Counted from the stretch's first letter, positions 27,873 to 37,825 are shown. The stretch: DNA of 64,000 bases from Candidatus Moraniibacteriota bacterium (GCA_027008775.1 JALVDV010000004.1:24544-88543), one strand, 5' to 3'. Program-made: numbers and translations. The notes: a model not told the origin generated them from the sequence alone.

Positions 27873-29504
27873 TTAATGGCGATGTAATTTTTTGACCAAA
27901 TAAGTTTCTCGCAAACGATAGCCGTGACGACGGTAATAATGACGAACGCCAACGCCGGAAATAACGACTATTTTTTGTTGTTGGGCGGGAATGCCCAGTT
28001 TGCCTAATTCTTGCCGACTGATTTTTTCCGCCAGTTGCAGAAGCTTTTTGCCCAGACCGTGGTGTTGGGGCGAATGTTTGCTTTTTTGTTTAAGGGAAGT
28101 TAATTGGCCGTAGGTGTGCAATTCTCTGATAACGGCGGAATTTTTGAGGACTTTTGGCAGGTCAGTGGCGTCGGGGCGATTAATTCTTAGGCGGAGTAAA
28201 GAATAAAGTTTGTTGTTTTGGTCAATAAATTGCAAAAAAATCTCCTTGCCTTGAGAAGCGGGATAGTCAATTCTTTGCAATTTGATTTTCCCTTTGGTTG
28301 GTAATTGATTTTTAATCTCTCGGCAACGGATACATTGGCAGTTGGTTTTGGGCGCGATTATTTGACGTAGATTGGAAATGTTGGGTCCGGCTTCTATGGC
28401 CGGCAGAGGGACATCGCGGACGAGTCTTTGAATGCGAACGTATGGAGGAATGATTTCGTTTTTCACTTTGATTATCAGTTTTTCAAAATCTTTGTTGCTG
28501 AGGGGTTGATACTGGTCTTTTTTCCACCAACGATAAAGAAGAGAGTTTTTGATGACTAAGGTGGGGTAAATTTTTAACATATCCGGTTGGAAATCCGGGT
28601 TGCGAAATATTTCTTTGAACATTTCTAGATCTTTCTGCGGGCTGGAACCGGGTAGGCCGGGCATTAAATGGTAGTTGATTTTAAAACCGGCTTGTTTAAG
28701 CAGGCGAGTGGCTTGGATGGTGACAGCGGTGGAGTGACCACGTTTATTTTTTTTAAGAACATCATCAAAAATTGATTGCACACCCAGTTCCACGCGGGTG
28801 CAACCCAATTCTCTAAAATTTGTTATTTCTTCTTGGTCAATCCAATCAGGTCTGGTTTCCAAAGTAAGGCCGACAATTCTGACAGAGGCGCTCTCGTTTC
28901 TTTTTTGTTCGGCGTTAAGGGAGAAGTTGGTTTTTTTTGACTTCTTTCTTTTTTCCGTTTGAAAAGTTGAAGGAGAAAATTCATTGCAAGCGCGAAAACA
29001 TTCTTTGATAAACCAACGTTGGTATTTTTTGGGAAAGTAAGAAAAAGTTCCGCCCATAACAATCAATTCTATTTTATCTATGGGGTGTCCGTTGATGAGT
29101 AGTGAGTAAAGGCGATTTTGAACTTGTTGGTAGGGATGAAATTTGTTGAGAATGGCGCGCATAACGGCCGGTTCGTTGGAGAGATAACTTTTGGGCATAT
29201 TTTTTTCATTGGGACAAAAAGCGCACTGACCGGGACAGGGGTATGGTTTGGTAAGAACGGCCACAACCGCCACGCCGGATTGGGTACGGACGGCGCGAGC
29301 TTGCATTGCTTTTTCCAACGTTTTCTTCCTTTTTATTTTCTTTTGTGATACCATTTTTTCGTATTCCTCTCTCAAATCAGCGTTGGTCGGTTGGGCTAAT
29401 TGTCGTTCGGAATAGAATTGTTTTTTCAGTTTGAGGAAACGTTTGTTGGAGGTTATTTTTTGCTGGAGAGCAAATTTGATAAATTGTTGATCTAGAGAAG
29501 TCAT
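27873..29504 (-). CDS. elp3: Elp3-family radical-SAM + GNAT acetyltransferase (bacterial elongator Elp3 homolog, putative tRNA U34 cm5 synthase)
   Basis: 'YPCPGQCAFCPN...LIVMGGTFS' radical-SAM/Elp3 core; C-terminal GNAT 'QHHGLGKKLLQLAEKI...VISGVGVRHYYRRHGYRL'. Start set at ATG 29504; the ORF extends to 29816. Confidence 0.82.
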   Translation of the reverse strand: MTSLDQQFIKFALQQKITSNKRFLKLKKQFYSERQLAQPTNADLREEYEKMVSQKKIKRKKTLEKAMQARAVRTQSGVAVVAVLTKPYPCPGQCAFCPNEKNMPKSYLSNEPAVMRAILNKFHPYQQVQNRLYSLLINGHPIDKIELIVMGGTFSYFPKKYQRWFIKECFRACNEFSPSTFQTEKRKKSKKTNFSLNAEQKRNESASVRIVGLTLETRPDWIDQEEITNFRELGCTRVELGVQSIFDDVLKKNKRGHSTAVTIQATRLLKQAGFKINYHLMPGLPGSSPQKDLEMFKEIFRNPDFQPDMLKIYPTLVIKNSLLYRWWKKDQYQPLSNKDFEKLIIKVKNEIIPPYVRIQRLVRDVPLPAIEAGPNISNLRQIIAPKTNCQCIRCREIKNQLPTKGKIKLQRIDYPASQGKEIFLQFIDQNNKLYSLLRLRINRPDATDLPKVLKNSAVIRELHTYGQLTSLKQKSKHSPQHHGLGKKLLQLAEKISRQELGKLGIPAQQQKIVVISGVGVRHYYRRHGYRLRETYLVKKLHRH

Positions 29505-29537
29505 ATTGGTGAAAGTTCTGTTGATGATAATAATTAT

Positions 29538-30242
29538 TTGTTGTTGATGCGTGATTCTGTCAGTGAAAAAATCAGAAGAGAAACGGAAAGTGGTTACAAT
29601 CAGATAGCGAAAAAGTTTTCCGAGACCAGGAAATATTTTTGGTCTGACTTGCTTTGGTTGGCGGACTTGGTGAAGGACGGGGATATAGTTCTGGATTTTG
29701 GTTGCGGTAACGGTCGTTTGCGAAATTTGCTGGTGGACAAGGAAATAGAATATGTGGGAGTTGACATTTCTGACGAATTGCTGAAAGAAGCCCGAAAAAA
29801 GATAGTTTTTACACAAGAGAACTTTAAGAAAATTTCCGCCGGTGAAACCAGCCTAGCATTTAGCGGAGAAAATTTCAATGTTATTTTCAGTATTGCCACT
29901 TTTCATCATTTACCGGGGAAAAAGTATCGTCAGCAAATAGCTGCAGAGCTCTACAGAGTTTTGCGGAAGGAAGGAAGGTTGGTGGTGACTGTTTGGAACT
30001 TGCGACAAAGGAAATATTTAAAATATTTGTGGCGTAATTGGTGGAGGAAATTGAAAGGAAAAAGTCAATTAGATTGGAGTGATTGTTATATTCCTTTCAA
30101 AGATAATGAAGGAAATGTTTTTTGGCGTTATCACCATGCTTTTTCTCAAAGAAGTTTGAAAAAGTTGTTTGAAGAAGTCGGTTTTAGAAAAATTTCCGTT
30201 CGGAAGGTTGGCGGAAACTTGGTTTTGGTTGGTAAAAAATAG
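29538..30242 (+). CDS. class I SAM-dependent methyltransferase (type 11)
   Basis: Motif I 'VLDFGCGNGRL'; divergent from elp3 with a 33-bp gap. Confidence 0.75.
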   Translation: MLLMRDSVSEKIRRETESGYNQIAKKFSETRKYFWSDLLWLADLVKDGDIVLDFGCGNGRLRNLLVDKEIEYVGVDISDELLKEARKKIVFTQENFKKISAGETSLAFSGENFNVIFSIATFHHLPGKKYRQQIAAELYRVLRKEGRLVVTVWNLRQRKYLKYLWRNWWRKLKGKSQLDWSDCYIPFKDNEGNVFWRYHHAFSQRSLKKLFEEVGFRKISVRKVGGNLVLVGKK

Positions 30243-30322
30243 ACAAGGAAGGGAAAATGTTGTTTGACTTTGGGTTGGCTAGTTGTTATTATAGTGCATA
30301 GTTTTTGCCGTTCTTTGGTAAT

Positions 30323-30394
30323 GGTCGCGTGGCCGAGTGGTTTAGGCAAGGGTCTGCAAAACCCTGTACCCCGGTTCAATTCCGGGCGCGACCT
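30323..30394 (+). tRNA. tRNA-Cys (GCA)
   Basis: Cloverleaf: acceptor GGTCGCG/CGCGACC, anticodon arm AGGGT-ctGCAaa-ACCCT, T-arm CCGGTTCAATTCCGG; no encoded CCA. Confidence 0.85.
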
Positions 30395-30424
30395 CATTTA
30401 TTTTTTAGTGAAATTTTTTAACAA

Positions 30425-30511
30425 GCCCGGGTGGTGGAACCGGTAGACACGCAGGACTTAAAATCCTGTGGAGTAAAATCCGTGCGGGTTCAAGTCCCGC
30501 CCCGGGCACCA
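30425..30511 (+). tRNA. tRNA-Leu (TAA) with long variable arm, CCA encoded
   Basis: Acceptor GCCCGGG/CCCGGGC, anticodon arm CAGGA-ctTAAaa-TCCTG, variable arm, T-arm GCGGGTTCAAGTCCCGC, 3' ACCA. Confidence 0.85.
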
Positions 30512-30523
30512 GAATTTGACTTG

Positions 30524-30546
30524 TCGGCCAAAGGCCGATTTTTTTG
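30524..30546 (+). terminator. terminator TCGGCC-aaa-GGCCGA followed by TTTTTTT
   Basis: Read directly, after the tRNA pair. Confidence 0.75.
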
Positions 30547-30694
30547 TTGGCGAGAGTGAAAGAAAGGTGGTGTTGGAGGTGGTGGGGCGTAGGAATGTTT
30601 TGATGAAAAATGTCGCTGGAAGTGTTTTATGGGAAGACGGGGCTTGGTGTTTGTGAGAGTAATCTGATAAATGTTTGAATGGGGCGGATATTGA

Positions 30695-30723
30695 TTTGCA
30701 TATATCAAAATATATTGATATAA
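30695..30723 (+). promoter_or_regulatory. promoter TTGCAT-17-TATAAT overlapped by inverted repeat ATATCAA-N6-TTGATAT (candidate ArsR operator)
   Basis: Read directly; immediately upstream of the ArsR-family gene. Confidence 0.5.
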
Positions 30724-30733
30724 TATTTTTGCT

Positions 30734-31048
30734 ATGGTGAAGAATAATTGTGTCAGTAAGAAAAAGAAAAAGGATTTGGAGGGAGTCATTGATTTTTTGA
30801 AGGCGCTTTCGGACGGGACGCGTTTGCAAATTCTTTGTTTATTGAGAAAGGAAGAGAAGTGTGTTTGTGAGATTATTGGTTTTTTGAATTTGCCGCAAAA
30901 CCTTGTGTCGCATCATTTAAAAGTCTTGCGTGACGCCGGGTTGGTAGAGGCGCGCAAAAGCGGGGTGCAAGTTTTTTATAAGATAAAAGATGCGGACGTG
31001 CAAAAGCATATCAATCATTTGCAAAAGTTAATTACAAAATCTGAATAA
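30734..31048 (+). CDS. ArsR/SmtB-family metalloregulator
   Basis: 'LKALSDGTRLQILCLLRKEEKCVCEIIGFLNLPQNLVSHHLKVLRDAGLV'. Confidence 0.85.
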   Translation: MVKNNCVSKKKKKDLEGVIDFLKALSDGTRLQILCLLRKEEKCVCEIIGFLNLPQNLVSHHLKVLRDAGLVEARKSGVQVFYKIKDADVQKHINHLQKLITKSE

Positions 31049-31054
31049 AGACGT

Positions 31055-31372
31055 ATGAACAAAATAAAACTCGGAATATTGCTTGGAATCGTCGTCGGGA
31101 TTATTGATGTTATCCCAATGGTATTTGTGGGTTTAACTTGGGATGCAAATTTATCCGCGTTTTTTCATTGGGTTGTTGTCGGTTTTTTGATAGCGACGGT
31201 TGATATAAAAATGAGAGGTGTTTTGAAGGGAATATTTATATCCGTTATTACTCTTGTTCCGTTGGCATTTTTGGTGTGGTGGAAAGATGGATCAAGTATA
31301 ATACCGATGACTGCGTCAACTATTGTTTATGGAGTGATATTGGGATTTTTTATAGACAAATATGGTAAATAA
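31055..31372 (+). CDS. small hypothetical membrane protein (3 TM)
   Basis: ORF only. Confidence 0.45.
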   Translation: MNKIKLGILLGIVVGIIDVIPMVFVGLTWDANLSAFFHWVVVGFLIATVDIKMRGVLKGIFISVITLVPLAFLVWWKDGSSIIPMTASTIVYGVILGFFIDKYGK

Positions 31373-31391
31373 TTTTTTAAATAGCAAAAAT

Positions 31392-31649
31392 ATGCAAAAG
31401 ATAAAAATCCAGGTCTTTGGTTCGGGATGTCCAACTTGTGAGATGCTTTATAATCGTGTTTCCAAGGTGGCAAAGGAGATCAGTCCGGAATTGGAGGTTG
31501 ATTATATTACCAATATCAGAAAGATGGTAGAGCTGGGAGCGATGAGTTCCCCGGTTTTCGCCATTGATAAGCGAATAATTACTGCCGGGCAGTTGCCGGA
31601 GGAAGAAGAAATCAAAAAAGCTATTGAGGCGAGATTAGCTGATAAATAG
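31392..31649 (+). CDS. thioredoxin-fold 'redox-active disulfide protein 2'-like small protein (CPTC)
   Basis: 'KIQVFGSGCPTCEMLYNRV'; typical ars/metal-operon companion. Confidence 0.7.
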   Translation: MQKIKIQVFGSGCPTCEMLYNRVSKVAKEISPELEVDYITNIRKMVELGAMSSPVFAIDKRIITAGQLPEEEEIKKAIEARLADK

Positions 31650-31688
31650 AGAGTATTAATTATTAAGAATTAACATTAACAAAAAGAT

Positions 31689-32480
31689 ATGTTGGAAAAT
31701 ATTTTATTGACCAGTTTAATTGTAGGCGTGGTTACGGCCGGTCTGAAGATTCGCTTTGATCGGTTTTTCACAATTTTGTTGCTCTTGTTTATTTTTGGCC
31801 TAAACATTAGGGAGGCGGTGAATGTTTTTCTGTGGGTTATTATGTTGGGAGCTTTGGTAATTATTTTTCAAAACAGAAAGAAGATTACTCAGCTACCAAA
31901 GGTAATGAAAAAGAAGCTATTTGTTGTAATTCCGATTTTTACTTTAATTGCTTCTTGGGTGGGAACGTTATTGTTTGAAAATGTTAGTGATACAGTTCTG
32001 ATTGTGACTTTGGGTGTTTTGGCGATTCTTTATGGCCTGCGTTTAATATTTGTGCATTTCCAAGAGTATGAACTGGAATTTAAAGAGGGGCATCCGACGA
32101 TTAGCAAAGCGTGTGGATTGTTGGGGCCTTGGATTAGCGGATTTTTCATTGGTTTTATTGGTACCTCACTTAAACCTTTAAAAATTCCTTTTGCCGTTAA
32201 AATTGGCAAGATGAATGTTAAACAAGTTTATCTGGGAAATGTGATTGTGGCATTTTTCGCTTCGGTATTTGCTGTGGTATGGCATCATCTTTTAGCTAAA
32301 CAAGTATTGGCTGACTGGTGGGAAGAAGCGGTTCTAGGTATTATCTTGTGGTTTGGTATTCATTTTATTTATGAAGCGACTGACAAAGTTTTTCCGCCGA
32401 AGTGGCGAAAGGTTTTCCAGGTTTTGGTTGGAATTATTCTTCTTTTGGTTTCTGTAAAGATTTTTATGTTGGTTAAATAA
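31689..32480 (+). CDS. hypothetical polytopic membrane protein (7-8 TM; TauE/SafE-like fold possible)
   Basis: ORF only. Confidence 0.35.
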   Translation: MLENILLTSLIVGVVTAGLKIRFDRFFTILLLLFIFGLNIREAVNVFLWVIMLGALVIIFQNRKKITQLPKVMKKKLFVVIPIFTLIASWVGTLLFENVSDTVLIVTLGVLAILYGLRLIFVHFQEYELEFKEGHPTISKACGLLGPWISGFFIGFIGTSLKPLKIPFAVKIGKMNVKQVYLGNVIVAFFASVFAVVWHHLLAKQVLADWWEEAVLGIILWFGIHFIYEATDKVFPPKWRKVFQVLVGIILLLVSVKIFMLVK

Positions 32481-32493
32481 CCATTAAAACGAT

Positions 32494-33384
32494 ATGTCAC
32501 ATAATCACGCGCATAAAGCTCCAAAGACAATTTCCGGTTTAATGGTCGCTATCGGCATAAATATTGTGATTACGGTTTTTGAGATTGTTTTGGGAATTGT
32601 GGCGAACAGTTTGGCTTTAATATCCGATGCCGCTCACAATTTAACGGATATCGGTTCAATGGTTTTGGGTTATGTAACTGAAAAGATGGTTGCTCGTCCG
32701 GCCAATGATAAAAGGACCTATGGTTATAGAAAGATGGAATTCGTAACCGCCTTTGTCAATGGGCTTATTCTATTATTGGTAACCGGCTATATTTTATACG
32801 AAGGTATCATTAGATTATTTACGGCTCCGGAAGTGATAAGTGGGGTAATGTTCTATGTTGGACTGATTGCCTTATTGGGGAATACAATAGCTACTTGGAT
32901 TTTAACAAAAAGTTCCAAGAATAATACTAATATGCAGGCAGTGTGGTTGCATTCTTTACAAGATGCCCTTTCTTCTCTGGGAGTTGTTATGGGAGCCGTT
33001 ATTATTAAATTTACCGGTTGGAATATTGTTGACCCGGTCATCTCTATTTTAATTGCCGTTTTTTTAATTAAAAGTATTTATCATTTGATTAAAAGAACTG
33101 TGGATGCTTTACTGGATTCTGTGCCGGAAGGAATTGACTACGAAGAGGTGAAGCGAGATTTATTGCAAATCAAGGGAGTGACTAAGCTTAACGATTTGCA
33201 TATTTGGTTGGAGAGTTCTCGTTTGCCGATGTTGTCAGTGCATTTACAAATTGAAGACTTGAATGATTTGGAGCAGATTTTTCAAGAAGCAAAAAAGCTT
33301 TTGTTTGATAAATATCATATTGAGCACACAACGATTCAGATTATTCCGGTGGATTTTGAAATGAAGTCTGAGTATTGCAATTAA
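32494..33384 (+). CDS. cation diffusion facilitator (CDF) family divalent-metal efflux transporter
   Basis: 'NSLALISDAAHNLTDIGSMV' CDF signature, six TM, C-terminal cytoplasmic domain. Confidence 0.85.
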   Translation: MSHNHAHKAPKTISGLMVAIGINIVITVFEIVLGIVANSLALISDAAHNLTDIGSMVLGYVTEKMVARPANDKRTYGYRKMEFVTAFVNGLILLLVTGYILYEGIIRLFTAPEVISGVMFYVGLIALLGNTIATWILTKSSKNNTNMQAVWLHSLQDALSSLGVVMGAVIIKFTGWNIVDPVISILIAVFLIKSIYHLIKRTVDALLDSVPEGIDYEEVKRDLLQIKGVTKLNDLHIWLESSRLPMLSVHLQIEDLNDLEQIFQEAKKLLFDKYHIEHTTIQIIPVDFEMKSEYCN

Positions 33385-33397
33385 CTCATAAATTTTT

Positions 33398-34369
33398 ATG
33401 GACATTTTTTATCCTTTTGAGTGGTTGGCTGATTATATTACTTTTGTTGTTTTTCATTTACAAGCTGATACTCGTTTGGCGGAGGCTTGTCATTTTTTTA
33501 TTTATGACTCTCTGAAAATTTTGGTGTTGATTTTATTGATTACTCATTTAATGAGTTTGTTGCGGTATTATTTACCGGTGGAGAAGTTGCGTGATTTTCT
33601 CAAAAGTCGCAATTTTTATGGACTGGATTATTTTTTGGCGACGATTTTTGGAGCGGTGACACCGTTTTGTTCTTGTTCATCTATTCCGCTTTTTATCGGC
33701 TTCGTGGAGGCGGGAATTCCTTTGGGTGTTACTTTTGCTTTTTTGATTGCCTCACCGCTTATCAACGAGGTAGCGCTGGCTCTTTTTATCGGAATGTTCG
33801 GTTTGAAAATTACCGCTCTTTATGTTGGGGCGGGGATTGCCATTGGAATTGTTGGTGGATTTATTATTGAGCATTTACATCTGGAGAGGTTTGTGGAGGA
33901 CTTTGTTTGGCAAGTAAAAAGTCAGCCTCGGCAGATTGAGAGAAAAAAAGCTTCCTGGAAAGAAGTTGTCAGAAATGTTTCCAGAGAAGCTTTGGGTATT
34001 ACAAAGAAAATTGTTTGGTATGTATTGGCCGGAGTTGGAATTGGCGCTTTAATTCACGGATACGTTCCGCAAGGATTTTTTGCCGCATATTTACAAAAAG
34101 CCGGCTGGTGGGGTGTGCCGTTGGCGGTGATTTTGGCAGTTCCACTTTACTCCAATGCCAGTGGAGTGATTCCGATTATGCAATCTTTGGTGGAAAAGGG
34201 GGTGCCCTTGGGTACGGCCCTGGCTTTGATGATGGCGATTGTCGGTGTTTCTTTGCCCGAGGCCTTAATTCTGAAGAAAGTGATTAAATGGCCATTGCTG
34301 ACTATCTTTTTCGGTATTGTCACCTTAGGGATTATTTTGATTGGCTATTTGTTTAATGTGATTTTGTAA
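33398..34369 (+). CDS. DUF318/ArsP-like permease (organoarsenical efflux permease family)
   Basis: Hallmark 'TPFCSCSSIP' motif in TM region; about 8 TM. Confidence 0.7.
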   Translation: MDIFYPFEWLADYITFVVFHLQADTRLAEACHFFIYDSLKILVLILLITHLMSLLRYYLPVEKLRDFLKSRNFYGLDYFLATIFGAVTPFCSCSSIPLFIGFVEAGIPLGVTFAFLIASPLINEVALALFIGMFGLKITALYVGAGIAIGIVGGFIIEHLHLERFVEDFVWQVKSQPRQIERKKASWKEVVRNVSREALGITKKIVWYVLAGVGIGALIHGYVPQGFFAAYLQKAGWWGVPLAVILAVPLYSNASGVIPIMQSLVEKGVPLGTALALMMAIVGVSLPEALILKKVIKWPLLTIFFGIVTLGIILIGYLFNVIL

Positions 34370-34472
34370 GTAGCCAGAAAGCAAGCAAAAGTTTATTTGT
34401 AAGGCAGGGTTAGCTTTCAATAATGTTTATTGCTTAGTTGATAGGAATTGATTTGGTTGATTTTAATTGTAC

Positions 34473-35468
34473 TTATTCTATCAGTAGGCCGTTTTTGGTG
34501 GCTTTGATTTTTCCTTCTATTTCAAAGCCGCTGGCCAATTTGTGGCCCCCGCCGTTGAACATCTGAGCGATTTTGGCGACGTCAACTTTTTTGTAAACTT
34601 CGGAGCGAAGAGAGGCCTTGATTTTGTTTCCTTCTCTTTCGGTCAGCATCAAGGAAAATTTGGTGTCAGCAATAGTGTTAAGCAATTCGGAAAGTTTGGA
34701 AGAGTCCAGTTCTTGGACGGAAACATTGTATTTCTCCAAATCTTTTTTGGTGAGATAGGAAACGGCCATGCCGGTTTTCTTGTTGATACGAACTCTTTCA
34801 ATGGCCAGTCCCCACAGTTTAAGAACATTGACCGATTTGTCGGCGGAAAGGGCGCGGTAAACTTTGCCGATGGAAGCGCCTTTGCGTACCAATTGGCCGG
34901 CTATTTCCAAAACTTCCGGACTGGTATTGTTGTGCTTGAAGCCGCCGGTGTCAAACCAAATTCCGTTGAGAAGATATTGGGCTATTTCCGGATCAAGAGG
35001 AAAATCAATTTTTTCCAGGAAACGGAAAATGATTTCGGAAGTGGAAGAAGCGGAAACAGCCCTGATGTTGAGAGCTTCTTTAATGTTTGTTTGGGGATGA
35101 TGGTCAATGTTGACTATTTTCGGCGGTTGAGTAAGTTGCTTAATTTTTTCCGGGAAACCTAACTTTTCATAGACATCTCCGCGGTCTAGAAAAATAATAA
35201 CTTCTTTATTAGACAGGTTTAAATCGGTGGATATTTTTTTGAGATTGAAGAGGCTTTTCAGATTTTCGCTTGGTTCGTTGACACTGTAAATCTCAGTTTT
35301 TTTGGGAGTTTTTTTGTCGGCAAGAGAAGCAATGTATTTTTGTAAAGCAAAAGCCGAGCCGAGGGCGTCGGCATCCGGAGAAGGGTGGACTACCAAAAGA
35401 AAATTATTTTTTTGTCTGAGCAGGGAGTCCAATTTTAAAAATTTCTCTTGGAGAAGATTTGGTTTCAT
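34473..35468 (-). CDS. nrnA: DHH/DHHA1 phosphoesterase (NrnA-like oligoribonuclease/pAp phosphatase)
   Basis: 'LLVVHPSPDADALGSAFAL', DHH 'IDHH', DHHA1 'GGGHKLASG'. Confidence 0.78.
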   Translation of the reverse strand: MKPNLLQEKFLKLDSLLRQKNNFLLVVHPSPDADALGSAFALQKYIASLADKKTPKKTEIYSVNEPSENLKSLFNLKKISTDLNLSNKEVIIFLDRGDVYEKLGFPEKIKQLTQPPKIVNIDHHPQTNIKEALNIRAVSASSTSEIIFRFLEKIDFPLDPEIAQYLLNGIWFDTGGFKHNNTSPEVLEIAGQLVRKGASIGKVYRALSADKSVNVLKLWGLAIERVRINKKTGMAVSYLTKKDLEKYNVSVQELDSSKLSELLNTIADTKFSLMLTEREGNKIKASLRSEVYKKVDVAKIAQMFNGGGHKLASGFEIEGKIKATKNGLLIE

Positions 35469-35551
35469 AAAAACAAATTCTTTGCTGAATTCTAAAATTC
35501 TAAAAATAGAAGAGAAAAGGATTATTTGATTTATATCGGACAAGTGTCCAA

Positions 35552-35911
35552 TTATTTCTCTTTCTCTTTCTCTTTCTCTTTCTTAATTTTTTGGAAAAGT
35601 TCTTCCAGCTCAGTGACTTTTTCGCCGGTTCGGTCTACAACAAATCTAAGACGAGGAAAAGTGCGAGCGGAAAATTTTTGATTAAACTTTTTTTGGATTC
35701 GGTAGATTTCCTTTTGGAGAGTTTTGAGGGCATAATCGGTTTCCTCCGAAGGGAAAATGCTAACGAATATTTTAGTGTAGTTTAAATCTTTGGATGTGTC
35801 AACCTTGGTGATGGAAACAAAAACTCCTTTTTTCAAGGAGAGATTTTTTTTGATAATTGAGGAAACGTGTTCTTTAATAAAATCGTTTACTTTTCTGATT
35901 CGCTTGGACAT
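35552..35911 (-). CDS. rbfA: ribosome-binding factor A with a (KE)n C-terminal tail
   Basis: 'KRIRKVNDFIKEHVSSIIKK...VSITKVDTSKDLNYTKIFVS'; directly downstream of infB, the conserved arrangement. Confidence 0.85.
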   Translation of the reverse strand: MSKRIRKVNDFIKEHVSSIIKKNLSLKKGVFVSITKVDTSKDLNYTKIFVSIFPSEETDYALKTLQKEIYRIQKKFNQKFSARTFPRLRFVVDRTGEKVTELEELFQKIKKEKEKEKEK

Positions 35912-35936
35912 AGGCTTAAAAAACAAAAGGGGAGGA

Positions 35937-37709
35937 TTAAATTTTTCTTTTTATTTGTTCTTCTTGGAAGCAAATCAAGGTGTCGCCCACTTGGATCTTA
36001 TCAGTTCCGCTAAAAGTTAGACCACATTCAAAGTTCTCTTTAACTTCTTGAACGTCTTCTTTATTGTGTTGTAGTTGAGTAAGTTCTCCTTGGCCAACGG
36101 GAGTTTTGTCACGAATAATTTCCAACCGTTTTCCTTTAACCATTTTGCCGTTAGTGACTTTGCCACCGACAATCATACTCTTTTTAGTTGTTTTGAAAAT
36201 AGCCAATACTTTTAGTCGTCCCAAATCGGTTCTTTTAATTTCCGGTTCCAAACGTTCAGACATTTCTTCTTTAACATCCTCTATCAGCTCGTAGATAATT
36301 TGAAAATTCTTGATGGAGACGCCGGTTTTTTGCGCCAGTTGTTTAGCCGATTCGGTGGGATAAATGTTGAATCCATAAATGGTGGCTTGGTCGGTTTGAG
36401 CGATTTGAACATCTTTTTCCGTAATTGGTCCAACTTCTGAACTGATGATTTTGAGAGCGATTTCGTCCGATTGAATGGTCTTTAGAACTTGCTCCAGCGC
36501 TTCCAGGGTGCCGTGAGTGTCCGCTTTGAGAATGATGAAATATTTTTTCATTAAAGCGGCGTTGATGTTGTTGATGATAGTGGAAGAGTCCAGTGGCTGG
36601 TTTTGCTTTTCTTCTTGTTTATTTTTTTCTTTTTTGCGTATTTCCTCTTGGCTGGCTAGGCGAAGAACTTCGTTGTTGGCGGGAATTTGGGTGAGACCGT
36701 AGATGGTAATGGGCATGGAAGGAGTGGCTTCTTCAATGCTTTGTCCCAGGTAGTTTTCTATTTTGCGAATACGACTGATGTGACCATTGATAATGACATT
36801 TTGTCCCACCTTCAGAGTGCCGGTTTTAATTATGACATTGGCCAGAATTCCTTTGCGGGGATCTTTTTTGCTTTCCAGAATAACGCCGACGGCATCTCGG
36901 TTGTAATCGGCTTTTAATTCGTGAATATCGGCCAGAAGCAAAATCGTGTCCAAAAGGGAGTCAAGATTTATGTTCTTCTTGGCGGAAATCTCCACTACGG
37001 GAACATCGCCACCATAGCCTTCAACTAGGATTCCTCGCTCGGCCAATTCTTGTTTGACACGGTTAACATCGGCATTTGGTTTGTCTATTTTGTTGATGGC
37101 CACAACCAAAGGGGTTTGATGTTCTTTGACAAAATTGATAACTTCTTCCGTTTGGGGTTTAACGCCGTCGTCGGCAGCGATTACCAGAACGGCGATATCA
37201 GCCAGGCTGGCGCCTCTTTCGCGCATGGCTTGAAAAGCTTCGTGGCCGGGAGTATCAATAAAAGTGATTAAACGATCTTTTTCTTTCACTTGATAGGAAC
37301 TGATGTGCTGAGTGATTCCACCGGCTTCCTTGTCGGCGATTTTTGTTTGTTTAAGTGTGTCCAAAAGGGTGGTTTTACCGTGGTCAACGTGTCCTAGGAC
37401 AGTGACGATGGGAGGGCGATTTTTGAGATTTTTTTTCTTCTTATCCTCTGCCAGTAATTCTTCCAATTCATCCAAACTATTCTTATTGTTTTCTTTAGAA
37501 TCGCCGTTTTCTTTTATCAAGCTCGTTTTTCTACCCAATTCTTCGCTGATGATGGCGGCTATTTCGTAATCCAAGAGTTCATTAACAGTGGCCATGACAC
37601 CGTTGGACATCATGGTTTTAATTAAATCGGTGACGGGAATATTCAATTTTTCAGCCAAATCGCCCACTTTGATTTTAGCGGGCAATTTAACCACTTCTTT
37701 TTCCGGCAT
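35937..37709 (-). CDS. infB: translation initiation factor IF-2
   Basis: G-domain '[16 protein letters not shown]', 'DTPGHEAF', 'NKIDK'. Confidence 0.95.
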   Translation of the reverse strand: MPEKEVVKLPAKIKVGDLAEKLNIPVTDLIKTMMSNGVMATVNELLDYEIAAIISEELGRKTSLIKENGDSKENNKNSLDELEELLAEDKKKKNLKNRPPIVTVLGHVDHGKTTLLDTLKQTKIADKEAGGITQHISSYQVKEKDRLITFIDTPGHEAFQAMRERGASLADIAVLVIAADDGVKPQTEEVINFVKEHQTPLVVAINKIDKPNADVNRVKQELAERGILVEGYGGDVPVVEISAKKNINLDSLLDTILLLADIHELKADYNRDAVGVILESKKDPRKGILANVIIKTGTLKVGQNVIINGHISRIRKIENYLGQSIEEATPSMPITIYGLTQIPANNEVLRLASQEEIRKKEKNKQEEKQNQPLDSSTIINNINAALMKKYFIILKADTHGTLEALEQVLKTIQSDEIALKIISSEVGPITEKDVQIAQTDQATIYGFNIYPTESAKQLAQKTGVSIKNFQIIYELIEDVKEEMSERLEPEIKRTDLGRLKVLAIFKTTKKSMIVGGKVTNGKMVKGKRLEIIRDKTPVGQGELTQLQHNKEDVQEVKENFECGLTFSGTDKIQVGDTLICFQEEQIKRKI

Positions 37710-37825
37710 TTGGTTGTTTTAAAGTGGATTTTTTAAACTTTCTTAACCCCTGGATTTTAGCTTTTTTTGGCGGAAAAGTCAAATTTTGTTTGAAGCTAGT
37801 CAGGCAAATTGAGATTCGGGTAAAA

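Noticed and set aside
30264-30829. ORFs 30264-30446 (+) and 30458-30829 / 30490-30789 (-) from the six-frame track
   Set aside because: They overlap the tRNA-Cys and tRNA-Leu genes and the following terminator; spurious translations of structural RNA.
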